In this document: in pieces, positions 49,493 to 58,567 of the stretch
Layout of the letters: every line of letters starts with the position of its first letter
Numbering within the stretch: position 1 is the first letter of the stretch
Origin: an uncultured bacterium
GTDB taxonomy: Bacteria > Verrucomicrobiota > Verrucomicrobiia > Verrucomicrobiales > DEV007
Length of the DNA stretch: 64,000 nucleotides
Reading direction: 5' to 3'
Assembly (NCBI GenBank): GCA_963977015.1
Contig: CAXBMO010000004.1
Coordinates: forward strand, 320,001 to 384,000
Program-made: the position numbers and the translations under genes
The notes under the pieces: generated by a model
Seen by the model: only the letters and a program-made list of their open reading frames with translations
Databases searched by the model: none
What the model was told of the DNA's origin: nothing

Positions 49493-49808
49493 CCCTTCAC
49501 TGACTTTGGAGCAAATGCGCGAAGCTGCTCTTCAGGCGACCAAAATTGCGGAGGCAGACGACCAATCGATTGGTGAGGTGGAGATCTTGGCGCTGGAACG
49601 CTGTTTTGAAATTATCGGCGAAGCCGCTAATCGCCTCGGGCAGGAATTTCACGATTCCCATCCCCAGCTTCCCTGGGCTCAAATGGTGGGGATGCGTAAC
49701 GTTATCATCCACGGATACGATCACGTGGTTACTGAAACGTTACTTGTCACTGCGCGGAAAAACCTCCGCAGTCTGGTGCAACAAGTCGATGAATTGCTGT
49801 CCAAGTGA
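49479..49808 (+). CDS. HEPN (DUF86/HepT-like) ribonuclease toxin
   Basis: ER.FEIIGEAA, PW..M.GMRNVIIHGY (Rx4HxY); overlaps the MNT gene. Confidence 0.9.
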   Translation: MAKHDPSLTLEQMREAALQATKIAEADDQSIGEVEILALERCFEIIGEAANRLGQEFHDSHPQLPWAQMVGMRNVIIHGYDHVVTETLLVTARKNLRSLVQQVDELLSK

Positions 49809-49829
49809 GGACAGCCGACGCCCGGATCT

Positions 49830-49994
49830 TTAGTTGATCCCCTTCTTACTCAACTTCGTTCCCTTGGTGCGTCCCTGGCGGACTTTGAACTTCGGGTTGG
49901 TCTTGCAGATGACGTAGATGGTTCCACGGCGTTTCACAATCTGGCAATCAGAGTGCCGATTTTTTGCTGATCCGACGGAAGAAACGACTTTCAT
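49830..49994 (-). CDS. rpmJ: 50S ribosomal protein bL36, type B (zinc-independent, YkgO-like)
   Basis: [41 protein letters not shown] plus a 13-aa basic tail; ATG at 49994. Confidence 0.93.
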   Translation of the reverse strand: MKVVSSVGSAKNRHSDCQIVKRRGTIYVICKTNPKFKVRQGRTKGTKLSKKGIN

Positions 49995-50135
49995 GACAAG
50001 ACTAGGTTGAGTGTGAAAACCCAGATTTCTGGGGAGCGGCAATATGTGGGGTCTCCTCGCGTTGTAAAGGGTTTTTTGCACCGAAGCTTGACCTTGGCGC
50101 AGGTTCGGCAAACTCATAGCCCCTTACACACCACC

Positions 50136-50672
50136 ATGATTCTCTCTGACAGCGCTATCCTGAAAGCCATTGAAGCCGGTACCATCGTCATCGATCCCTA
50201 TGATCGCGAATGCCTGGGCAGCAATAGCTACGATGTTCACCTGGGCAAAAATCTGGCGACGTATAAGGATCGGGTGCTCGACGCCCGCAAACACAACGAG
50301 ATCCAGCATTTCGAGATTCCGGAAGAAGGCTACGTCTTGGAACCCGGGATCAATTACCTGGGAATTACCCAGGAATACACGGAAACGCACGATACGGTCC
50401 CGTTTTTGGAAGGGAAATCCAGCGTTGGCCGGTTGGGAATGGACATTCACGCGACCGCCGGGAAGGGCGATGTCGGGTTTTCCAACCACTGGACCCTGGA
50501 AATCTCTGTGAAACAGCCGGTCCGCGTTTATGCCGGGATGCCGGTTGGTCAGTTGATCTATTTCGAGGTGGATGGCGATGTTCTGCGCCCCTACGACCAG
50601 AAAAAATCGGCGAAATACAATCAACGATCCGACCTGCCTCAGGAATCGATGATGTGGAAGAACGACTTCTAG
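50136..50672 (+). CDS. dcd: dCTP deaminase
   Basis: MILSDSAI, SYDVHLG, EGKSSVGRLG, TAGKGDVGF..HWTLEI. Confidence 0.95.
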   Translation: MILSDSAILKAIEAGTIVIDPYDRECLGSNSYDVHLGKNLATYKDRVLDARKHNEIQHFEIPEEGYVLEPGINYLGITQEYTETHDTVPFLEGKSSVGRLGMDIHATAGKGDVGFSNHWTLEISVKQPVRVYAGMPVGQLIYFEVDGDVLRPYDQKKSAKYNQRSDLPQESMMWKNDF

Positions 50673-50679
50673 GCCGGGA

Positions 50680-51669
50680 TCAGCGAGGAAGCGGGCTGTT
50701 CAGAAACTGCGCGTCCCGTGCCTCGCGAAGTTTGACCATGTAGGCCTGAAGCTCCTTTTTCTTGGCCTCTTCCTCCAAGCGACGCTTTTCCATCTGCTTC
50801 TGGCGAAAAATCACGAACGCGTTGTTTGCGCCATAGGTGCGCCAGGGGCCCTGGGGAATTTCATCCAGTTCTACAAACCGCCAATCGGTCTTCGCGCCAC
50901 TGCGCATTCCGAGGTAATCGCGAACTGCGGGCGAGATATCCAATCCCGCGCCTTTGTTTCCCGTCGTGCTGGGCCGGGCGTCGCCAAAGACATACTTGAA
51001 GTCGTCCACCAGAAACGGGCCGACATCTTCCCATTGGGCGTAACAAGTCCGTCCGGCGTAGCGAATCGCAATCCACTGCCCTTTCAGAATCGTCCGGCCG
51101 TCCTTCTTGTAGCGATCCTTGTACCAAGGAATCAGCTTCTGATCCGGGCGTGGATTTTTCCATCCCGCGATGTCGTTGTAGGGCAGGGCAAAGTAGAACG
51201 GGTTTTCCTTCGGGATAAACGATTTGGGCCGGAACTGCCCCGGAATACGATTCGCGGGATTGGGATCATCGTAACCGCCAAACGTCTCCTGCCACTTGGT
51301 GTCCCAGGAGCTGGCGGTGTTTGGTGTGGGATTGTTTTCCGTCGGCAGCTCGCCACACCAGAAAATCGTCGTCACGATATCCTCTTTCCACGGATACTTG
51401 GTGTAGATCTCCAGCGGACGCGTTGGCATGTAAATCCGTGGCGCAGCCGACGGTTTGGTTCGGCGGAGATCATAGCCAGGTAGATACCGTTCTCCTTCGC
51501 GATACTTTTCCTCAAGTTGCCTCAGCAACGCCTGAACTGCCGGATCCAGATTTTGATAGTTACTGGCAACCGCGGGCGACGAAAAACTCAGCCCAAAAAC
51601 GGCTGCCAACCAAATGGCGACGATTCTGAAGGTTGAGTGAGACAAGGGCATGGGCAGGGAAGAGCGCAT
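50680..51669 (-). CDS. Secreted hypothetical protein, possible double-psi beta-barrel glycanase-like domain
   Basis: Signal peptide; YFALPY, W.AIRY.G..CYAQWEDVGP, GLDISPAVRDYLG. Confidence 0.65.
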   Translation of the reverse strand: MRSSLPMPLSHSTFRIVAIWLAAVFGLSFSSPAVASNYQNLDPAVQALLRQLEEKYREGERYLPGYDLRRTKPSAAPRIYMPTRPLEIYTKYPWKEDIVTTIFWCGELPTENNPTPNTASSWDTKWQETFGGYDDPNPANRIPGQFRPKSFIPKENPFYFALPYNDIAGWKNPRPDQKLIPWYKDRYKKDGRTILKGQWIAIRYAGRTCYAQWEDVGPFLVDDFKYVFGDARPSTTGNKGAGLDISPAVRDYLGMRSGAKTDWRFVELDEIPQGPWRTYGANNAFVIFRQKQMEKRRLEEEAKKKELQAYMVKLREARDAQFLNSPLPR

Positions 51670-51826
51670 TTTAGGAAAACGAGAGGATTTTTCAAGAGAA
51701 AGCGGAACTGCGGCGTGGTTGCCCCTCTGAAATGGGAATTCGAAGCTCCGAAATTTAATTCAGAATTCTCACCTTTTAAGGCATTCTTATTTTTGACATT
51801 CAAATATTTTACATGAAATTAAACCA

Positions 51827-52999
51827 ATGCATCCCTGCGCATTCAAATTCTTGGGAATCGCGACTATTTCCCTCCTCCTTGGACTGGTTTCCGCCGTTGG
51901 CGCTCCCGTTGAAATTACCATCACGGGCGAGCGGGGTTTTCCGGTGATGGTCCGTGATTTCAATGGGGAAACAGGCACCCAAGCGACCGAAATCGTGACC
52001 GGGGATCTTTCCCAGGCCGGCTTTTTCCGGTTGATGACCCAAACTGCGGGAGCCTATGTGGTTTCCGGTGAGGCCAAGGCATCCGATTTGGCCGGAAAGC
52101 TCCTCGATCCCAACGGTAGAGTCGTCTTTCAGCGCGCCTATCGTGGAGCCAGCCTCTCGACCCTGGCCCACCGGTTTTCCGATGACGTGGTTCAGGAAAT
52201 TTCCGGCACTCCCGGTATTGCGAGCAGCCAAATCGCCTTTGTCAGCAATAAAACCGGCCGCAAAGAGCTTTACCTTTGCGATTACGACGGGGCGAATCTG
52301 CGACCACTGACGCGGGACAACTCCATCAGCGTGAGCCCCAGCTTCAGCCCCGATGGCCGAACCCTCGCCTACACCAGCTACCTTACCGGTTACGCTGACG
52401 TCTACGTGATCGATCTCCCGACCGGAAAACGCGACCGCATCATCAGCGAACCCGGCACCAATTCCGGAGCTACGTTCTCGCCCGATGGACAAAAACTCGC
52501 CCTGACGATGAGCTTTCCCGGCAATCCGGAGATTTTCACGATTGGCGTGGATGGACGCGGAGCAACGCGCCTGAGCCAGTCCAGAGCAGTGGAATCCTCA
52601 CCAACCTGGTCGCCTGATGGCAAAAAGCTGATTTATGTCTCCGACGCGACCGGAAAACCCCAACTATACCAGATCAACGCCCGCGGGAGCCGACCGGAAC
52701 ACTTGAAGCTGAACTACAGCTACTGCGTCGATCCCGATTGGTCGCCCGACGGCACGCGCATCGCGTTCAACGTCCGCGAGGGCGGCTCCAACCAGGTCGC
52801 GATCCACGATTTCCGAAACAAGGTCACCAAAACGATCACGTCGGGCAGCAACGCGGAAACTCCCGTCTGGGGAGCCAATTCGCGACACCTCATCTACGTC
52901 CAGAGCAATGCCATTTTCCTCCATGACGTGGAGTCCGGCGTACGGCGCGAGGTCGTGAGCGGATTTGGCGATCTCTCCGAGCTCGCTTGGACCCGCTAA
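51827..52999 (+). CDS. tolB: TolB-family beta-propeller protein
   Basis: AHRFSD...G.PG...S.IAFVS; repeated P.(F/W)SPDG (PD40) units; upstream of pal. Confidence 0.88.
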   Translation: MHPCAFKFLGIATISLLLGLVSAVGAPVEITITGERGFPVMVRDFNGETGTQATEIVTGDLSQAGFFRLMTQTAGAYVVSGEAKASDLAGKLLDPNGRVVFQRAYRGASLSTLAHRFSDDVVQEISGTPGIASSQIAFVSNKTGRKELYLCDYDGANLRPLTRDNSISVSPSFSPDGRTLAYTSYLTGYADVYVIDLPTGKRDRIISEPGTNSGATFSPDGQKLALTMSFPGNPEIFTIGVDGRGATRLSQSRAVESSPTWSPDGKKLIYVSDATGKPQLYQINARGSRPEHLKLNYSYCVDPDWSPDGTRIAFNVREGGSNQVAIHDFRNKVTKTITSGSNAETPVWGANSRHLIYVQSNAIFLHDVESGVRREVVSGFGDLSELAWTR

Positions 53000-53033
53000 C
53001 CTCTCCTTTTCCCTTTCCCTTACCAATCTCAGC

Positions 53034-53603
53034 ATGAAACCAACTCAGAAACAACTGACCCGGCTCATTCTCGCGACCATGGTCGTCTTGCTCGCTGGAG
53101 GATGTGCAAATCGTCAACGCCGTGCCGATCAAACCGATGCCGAATACGGTTACAGCGGCTACGATGCCTACGACCCATACGCAAACCCCAATGGCAGTGG
53201 ATACGCCGAAGATATCCCCCTGTCCGGACGCCCCGAGGGTGGCGTCAACTTTTACGGCGCGGATGTAAACCGGAACCTCTTTGCGCCGGTCTACTTCGCC
53301 TTCGACGAATACGAGATTTCCAGTGCGGAAGTCGGGAAAGTGCAGCAAATCGCCGATCATCTGCGGATGAATCCCGACAATCTCATCATCGCCGGCCACA
53401 CCGACTTGATCGGGACTTCGGAATACAACCGCAACCTGGGTGAGCTGCGCGCCATCGCGGTTCGCACTGCGCTTTCGCAGTTTGGAGTCGCTTCCGACCG
53501 CATTCACACCGTGAGTTTCGGGGAGGACAACCCGGCTCAGGACGGGGAAAGCGACTCCGCCAATTCCGCCAACCGACGAGCGGAGTTCGGTTTTTACCGG
53601 TAG
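53034..53603 (+). CDS. pal: Peptidoglycan-associated lipoprotein (OmpA_C)
   Basis: LLAGGC lipobox; VYFAFD, GHTD..GT.EYN..LGE.RA, SFGEDNP, NRRAEF. Confidence 0.92.
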   Translation: MKPTQKQLTRLILATMVVLLAGGCANRQRRADQTDAEYGYSGYDAYDPYANPNGSGYAEDIPLSGRPEGGVNFYGADVNRNLFAPVYFAFDEYEISSAEVGKVQQIADHLRMNPDNLIIAGHTDLIGTSEYNRNLGELRAIAVRTALSQFGVASDRIHTVSFGEDNPAQDGESDSANSANRRAEFGFYR

Positions 53604-53649
53604 ACACGATTGGCAATCCAGGGTCGACACTGCCAATCTTATCAGCAGA

Positions 53650-54483
53650 ATGGACGATCTAATTTGGAGTATTGCCAGCCCGTCTCTCATTACCGATGAA
53701 GATCGCGACGATGTTGCCACCGCCACTTGGGAAGCCGACGAGGTTGATCCCAAGCATCTCAAGGACTTCCTCGAAACGCGCAGCACCTATCGCGTGGGAG
53801 CCTATTTCGAGGACTTGATTCACTATTGGCTCGCCCATGTTCGCAAGGTCGATGTCCTTGCGCACGGCCGGCAGATTCGAGTCGGTAAACAAACCCAGGG
53901 AGAGCTGGACTTTCTCTTTCGGGACGAGCAGGGAATCCTGACGCACTGGGAGACCGCGGTGAAGTTTTTCCTCCACTACCCGGAGGAAAACCCGACCGGC
54001 AGCTTCTACATTGGCCCCAACGCCGCCGATACCCTCGAGCGCAAATCGCGAAAACTCTTCAAGCGGCAACTCCCTCTCAGTGAGCGGATTGACGAAAACG
54101 TGCAAAAGCGGCAAGCCTTCGTCAAAGGCCGGATTTTTTACCACGCCCGGCAGGAAAAGCCGGAGATCCCCAGTGATTTGCTCGCCAAAAACCATCTGCG
54201 CGCAACCTGGATCCGCGATTCGGAGCTGGATTGGCTCGAAGATCCGGCGATCGACGCAGTTCGCGTGATTCACAAACCGCATTGGCTTTCCACGCGGCCG
54301 AATCTCGGCAACGGAGTCGAGTTTACTTCCGTCGACGCTGAGCAAACCCGTCTGCGGGCGCACTTTGCAAAATCCCATCTTCCCAACCTGATTGGCCTCT
54401 ACCAAAAGGCCGGCAACGAGTTCATCGAGACCGATCGCGTCTTCGTCGTCCATCGCGACTGGCCAGAAACTCCAAAAAAGTGA
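53650..54483 (+). CDS. DUF1853 family protein (PD-(D/E)xK-like)
   Basis: RVGAYFE.L, T.GELDFL, HWETAVKF.L, GPN..D.L..K. Confidence 0.82.
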   Translation: MDDLIWSIASPSLITDEDRDDVATATWEADEVDPKHLKDFLETRSTYRVGAYFEDLIHYWLAHVRKVDVLAHGRQIRVGKQTQGELDFLFRDEQGILTHWETAVKFFLHYPEENPTGSFYIGPNAADTLERKSRKLFKRQLPLSERIDENVQKRQAFVKGRIFYHARQEKPEIPSDLLAKNHLRATWIRDSELDWLEDPAIDAVRVIHKPHWLSTRPNLGNGVEFTSVDAEQTRLRAHFAKSHLPNLIGLYQKAGNEFIETDRVFVVHRDWPETPKK

Positions 54484-54555
54484 CTTGCGGTTGAAAACTT
54501 CTCCACTAGCATCCACGTTCTTTGCCCAACGCGAGCAGACATCGTCTCTCTCTTT

Positions 54556-55026
54556 ATGAATCTGGCCGAATTACTCACGGCTGACCAGGTTGTTCCGGAA
54601 CTGAAAAGCACGGAGCATTTGGCAGCAATCGAGGAGTTGGTAGATCACCTCGAGGACAATCATCTGTTGGATGGCACCAATAAATCGGAGGTCCTCGAGC
54701 TGCTCTACCAACGCGAACAGCAGACCAGCACCGGAATAGGTTCCGGTGTTGCGATTCCGCATACCTTTGTCGAGGGACTCCCGGAGGTGGTCGCCGTGTT
54801 TGGCCGATCCAAGGAGGGCATCGAATTTTGTGCGCTGGACAATGCTCCCGTCTTTTTCGTGGTGCTCTTCATCGTTCCGCAAGCCAAGTATCACACCCAT
54901 CTCCGCACGCTTGCGGCAATCGCCAAGATGTTTAACAGCACAGAAATCCGGTCCCAACTTAGCAGCGCAGAATCCCCGGAGGAAATTCTCCAGATTCTCG
55001 CGAAAAAGTCCGAGGGCCGCTGCTAG
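54556..55026 (+). CDS. ptsN: PTS EIIA (Ntr/fructose-mannitol type) domain protein
   Basis: RE...STGIGSGVAIPH phospho-His motif; GIEF.ALD..PV; HL..LA.IA. Confidence 0.88.
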   Translation: MNLAELLTADQVVPELKSTEHLAAIEELVDHLEDNHLLDGTNKSEVLELLYQREQQTSTGIGSGVAIPHTFVEGLPEVVAVFGRSKEGIEFCALDNAPVFFVVLFIVPQAKYHTHLRTLAAIAKMFNSTEIRSQLSSAESPEEILQILAKKSEGRC

Positions 55027-55035
55027 ACGAACCCC

Positions 55036-56811
55036 GTGACTTTTCCCTCGATTCTCCAATCCCGCGTCGCTGACGCCATCGCCAAGACGTCCAAAGCCGA
55101 CGATCTGCCGGATGGCTTCTCCGTCGATGTTGTGTCGACCCAGGATCCCAAGTTTGGCGATTACCAGTGCAATGCCGCGATGGTGTTGGCCAAACGCCTC
55201 AAAACGAATCCCCGCGCGTTTGCCGCCGAGGTCGTTGAGCTCCTCGATGCCGATGACCTGATCGAAACGCCGGAGATCGCCGGCCCCGGCTTCCTGAATT
55301 TCCGCCTCAAACCCGAGGTCATCGCGAACCGATTGCTCGAACTGGTTCAGGACGAACGCCTTGGCGTTCCGCTCGTTGAGAATCCGCAGACGATCGTCAT
55401 CGATTTCAGCGCCCCAAACGTCGCCAAGCAGATGCACGTCGGGCACATTCGCTCGACCATCATTGGCGATTGCCTGGCCCGGGTATCGCGTTTTCTCGGT
55501 CACAACGTCATCACCGATAACCACATCGGCGATTGGGGAACCCAGTTTGGGATGATTCTCTACGGCTGGAAGAATCTGCTCGATGAGGAGGGGTTGAAAC
55601 AGGATCCCATCGTCGAGTTGCTGCGCGTTTACAAAGCGGTCAACGTGGAAACCAAGGACGACGAGAGCATCCTCGATTTGTGCCGCGAAGAACTGGTGAA
55701 GCTCCAGCAGGGCGACGCCGAGAATCTGGAAATCTGGAAGAAGTGCGTCGAGCTTTCCCTTCAGGGTCTCGCCAAAATCTACGATCAGCTCGACATCCGC
55801 TTCGATCATTTCCTCGGCGAAAGCTTCTACAACGACGCGCTCCAACCACTCGTCGAGGAACTGAAGGAAAAGGGAATCGCCACGGAAAGCGACGGCGCGA
55901 TCTGCGTTTTCTCCGACAACTCCGCAAAGCCGGAAAACGATCCGCTCAAGATCCAGAAGGACGGAGAATGGCGCGACATCCCCTGCATGATCCAAAAGAG
56001 CGACGGCGGGTTCAACTACGCCACGACCGATCTCGCGACGATCGATTACCGCGTGAACGAATGGAACGCCGACCAAATCTGGTATGTCGTCGGCGCTCCG
56101 CAGCAACTCCACTTTCGCCAGGTGTTCGAGGTCACCCGCATGCGCGGCCAAAACCCGAATCTGGTTCATGTCGCCTTCGGCAGCATCCTCGGCAAAGACC
56201 GCAAGATGTTCAAAACGCGCTCCGGCCAGAGCGTCGGACTTCAGGAAGTTCTCACAGAATCGATCGAACGGGCCGCCGCCTTTCTCGATGCGCGCGAAGC
56301 GGAAGACGACAAATTCACCCTTCCGGCTGAGGAGAAGCCCAAGGTGGCCCAGGTCATCGGGATCAGCAGCGTGAAGTACGCGGAGCTTTCCCAGGGAAGA
56401 ATGACCGACTACATTTTCGACTGGGACAAGATGCTGTCGCTGAAAGGCAACACCGCGCCGTATCTTCTCTACAGCTATGTCCGAACGCGCGGGATCTTCC
56501 GCAAACTGGATCAGGATTTTGTGCTGCCGGCTGAAGCGGAGATCACCGAACCCGCGGAACGCATTCTCGCGATGGCGTTGCTCCGGTTCGGCGAAATCGT
56601 TCCCGATGTCCTCAACGATCATCGCCCGAACGTCCTCGCCGCCTACCTCTACGATCTCGCCAAAGCGTATCACAGCTTCTTCCAGGCGTGCCACGTCCTG
56701 AGCGCCGAGGGAACGACGCGCGAGACCCGTCTCCTGCTCTGCGAAGCCACGTCCCGCGTTCTGCAAAAGGGGCTCGGCCTTCTCGGCATCGAGACGATCG
56801 AGCGCATGTAG
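55036..56811 (+). CDS. argS: Arginine--tRNA ligase
   Basis: FGDYQCN, IAGPGFLNF, DFSAPNVAKQMHVGHIRS, KSDGG..YATTDLA, FKTRSG, GNTAPYL, C-terminal ERM. Confidence 0.98.
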   Translation: MTFPSILQSRVADAIAKTSKADDLPDGFSVDVVSTQDPKFGDYQCNAAMVLAKRLKTNPRAFAAEVVELLDADDLIETPEIAGPGFLNFRLKPEVIANRLLELVQDERLGVPLVENPQTIVIDFSAPNVAKQMHVGHIRSTIIGDCLARVSRFLGHNVITDNHIGDWGTQFGMILYGWKNLLDEEGLKQDPIVELLRVYKAVNVETKDDESILDLCREELVKLQQGDAENLEIWKKCVELSLQGLAKIYDQLDIRFDHFLGESFYNDALQPLVEELKEKGIATESDGAICVFSDNSAKPENDPLKIQKDGEWRDIPCMIQKSDGGFNYATTDLATIDYRVNEWNADQIWYVVGAPQQLHFRQVFEVTRMRGQNPNLVHVAFGSILGKDRKMFKTRSGQSVGLQEVLTESIERAAAFLDAREAEDDKFTLPAEEKPKVAQVIGISSVKYAELSQGRMTDYIFDWDKMLSLKGNTAPYLLYSYVRTRGIFRKLDQDFVLPAEAEITEPAERILAMALLRFGEIVPDVLNDHRPNVLAAYLYDLAKAYHSFFQACHVLSAEGTTRETRLLLCEATSRVLQKGLGLLGIETIERM

Positions 56812-56869
56812 TCGGTTGATTGACGGGAGTTTTGGCCAACGGACGTCCAACGAGCTATCCGTGATTTCC

Positions 56870-58567
56870 ATGGCTCGATTTTCCACTCTCCTCCTTTTTT
56901 GGCTGACGGCGACGCTGGCTCGTGCCGAAAGCGCGGAGTTCCCAATTCACCTCGCGCCCGATTCGCCGCCTCTGACGCAGGCGGGCGTGCCCCAGCTCCA
57001 TGAATCGGTCGATCAGGCGCTTCACGCGGAAGATGGCCTCGCCTTCAACCCGGAGACGCCGTTCCAATGGGCTCATCTTGCATCGACACCAGCTCAGCAT
57101 CTTTCGTTTACGGCAGCGGCCGATTCCGAGCTTTACGATCACGCCACGCTCACGGTTTGGAACTGGCACAATCGCCCCGTCGCCCAACACCAGTTTGCAC
57201 CCGGAGAACCGGCGATCTTCAAGATCGCTGTGCACGGACTGGGAACCTATCAGGTTACGATCGATGGTTGTCGGAACGATCAAATCGTCAAACGCCGCGT
57301 TCGCAGCTTTGCCGTTACGGAGGATCTGAACGCCGCGCGCGAAACCTGGAAAACCGATGAGTTCTTCCTCGGCGTCTGCGCGTTTCCCGGCCGCTATCAT
57401 TGGTCCTTCAAGGGCAACCCCACGCTGCCCTCAGAACTCACCGAAGATCAGGCGCGTCAACTGGAGGCGACGCTGTTGGCGCGGCTCGGGTTTCAGGTCG
57501 TTCGACCCGATGAATCGCTTGAGATGGGCTTTCAGAATGGATCGTATCAGTTCGATGGGAAGCGGATGGATGCCGCCGTCGAGGCCTATACGTCGCGAGG
57601 ATTGCAATTGGCGCTTCAACTGATGAACGCGCCGGACTGGGCGATTGCCAACCGTTACGCTGATGTCGAAACGAACCTCTGGCGTTATCCGCGCGAAGAA
57701 GCGCATCAACGACACTACGTCCGAGAGCTGCTGCGGCGCTATGGAACCAACGCGCGGTTCATCCAGATCTTTAACGAGCCGGATCAGAAAGCGTTCTGGT
57801 CCGGGACACCTCAGGAATACGTCGCCCAGTTTCAATATACGACCGACGAAATCCGGAACGTCGATCCCGAGAAACCGATCGTGAACGGCGGCTACTCGCT
57901 CGTCGATCTGGACCGCACGCAAACCTTCGTCGAAGCGCTTCACGACGATGTCGACATGGTTGCCTATCACTCACACGGAAGTCTGCTCGACCTGAAAGAG
58001 GACGTCGCCATCATGAAGTCGCTTCACCGGCAAGCGGGATTGCCGATGCCGCGACTGGTCAATACGGAAATGGGGTATGACGGCTGGCGGCTCGATCAGG
58101 AACGCCGCAAGGGACAAATCGTGCCGCAAAAGACGCTCTACTGTTGGAAGTCCGGCCACGCCGGAGCGCTGCTGTTCGGCGGACGCATGACGCTCGGCCC
58201 TCGACGCACCAATCAGGACTTCGGCTTTCTCGATCACCACTTCTGTCCCCGCTTCGTTTATGGCTCCGTCGCCGCGCTGGTTTCCGTTCTGCAGGGAGCA
58301 CCCTATCATTCCACACTTCAGGAAACGGACGAGCTCTTCGTCTACCAGTTTCACCGGGACGAACAACGCATTCTCGCCGCCTTCACCCTCCGCGAAAGCG
58401 GAAGTCTCCACATCCAAAGCGATGCGGAGTCCGGAGAGCTGATCGATGAAATGGGGAATCGAACCCCAATCGATGATCCGCAGAACTTCCAGCTCAGCCT
58501 AACGGGTTACCCTCGTTACGTGATCCTGAACAACGCGACTTCCGTCACCAGCAACGCGGATCACTAG
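56870..58567 (+). CDS. Secreted clan GH-A glycoside hydrolase (GH39/GH5-like)
   Basis: Signal peptide from ATG 56870; QIFNEPD (acid/base), AYHSH, NTEMGY (nucleophile). Confidence 0.75.
   Translation: MARFSTLLLFWLTATLARAESAEFPIHLAPDSPPLTQAGVPQLHESVDQALHAEDGLAFNPETPFQWAHLASTPAQHLSFTAAADSELYDHATLTVWNWHNRPVAQHQFAPGEPAIFKIAVHGLGTYQVTIDGCRNDQIVKRRVRSFAVTEDLNAARETWKTDEFFLGVCAFPGRYHWSFKGNPTLPSELTEDQARQLEATLLARLGFQVVRPDESLEMGFQNGSYQFDGKRMDAAVEAYTSRGLQLALQLMNAPDWAIANRYADVETNLWRYPREEAHQRHYVRELLRRYGTNARFIQIFNEPDQKAFWSGTPQEYVAQFQYTTDEIRNVDPEKPIVNGGYSLVDLDRTQTFVEALHDDVDMVAYHSHGSLLDLKEDVAIMKSLHRQAGLPMPRLVNTEMGYDGWRLDQERRKGQIVPQKTLYCWKSGHAGALLFGGRMTLGPRRTNQDFGFLDHHFCPRFVYGSVAALVSVLQGAPYHSTLQETDELFVYQFHRDEQRILAAFTLRESGSLHIQSDAESGELIDEMGNRTPIDDPQNFQLSLTGYPRYVILNNATSVTSNADH

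Noticed and set aside
54571-56886. 771-aa minus-strand ORF
   Set aside because: Antisense to the ptsN-like gene and argS, which are unambiguous.
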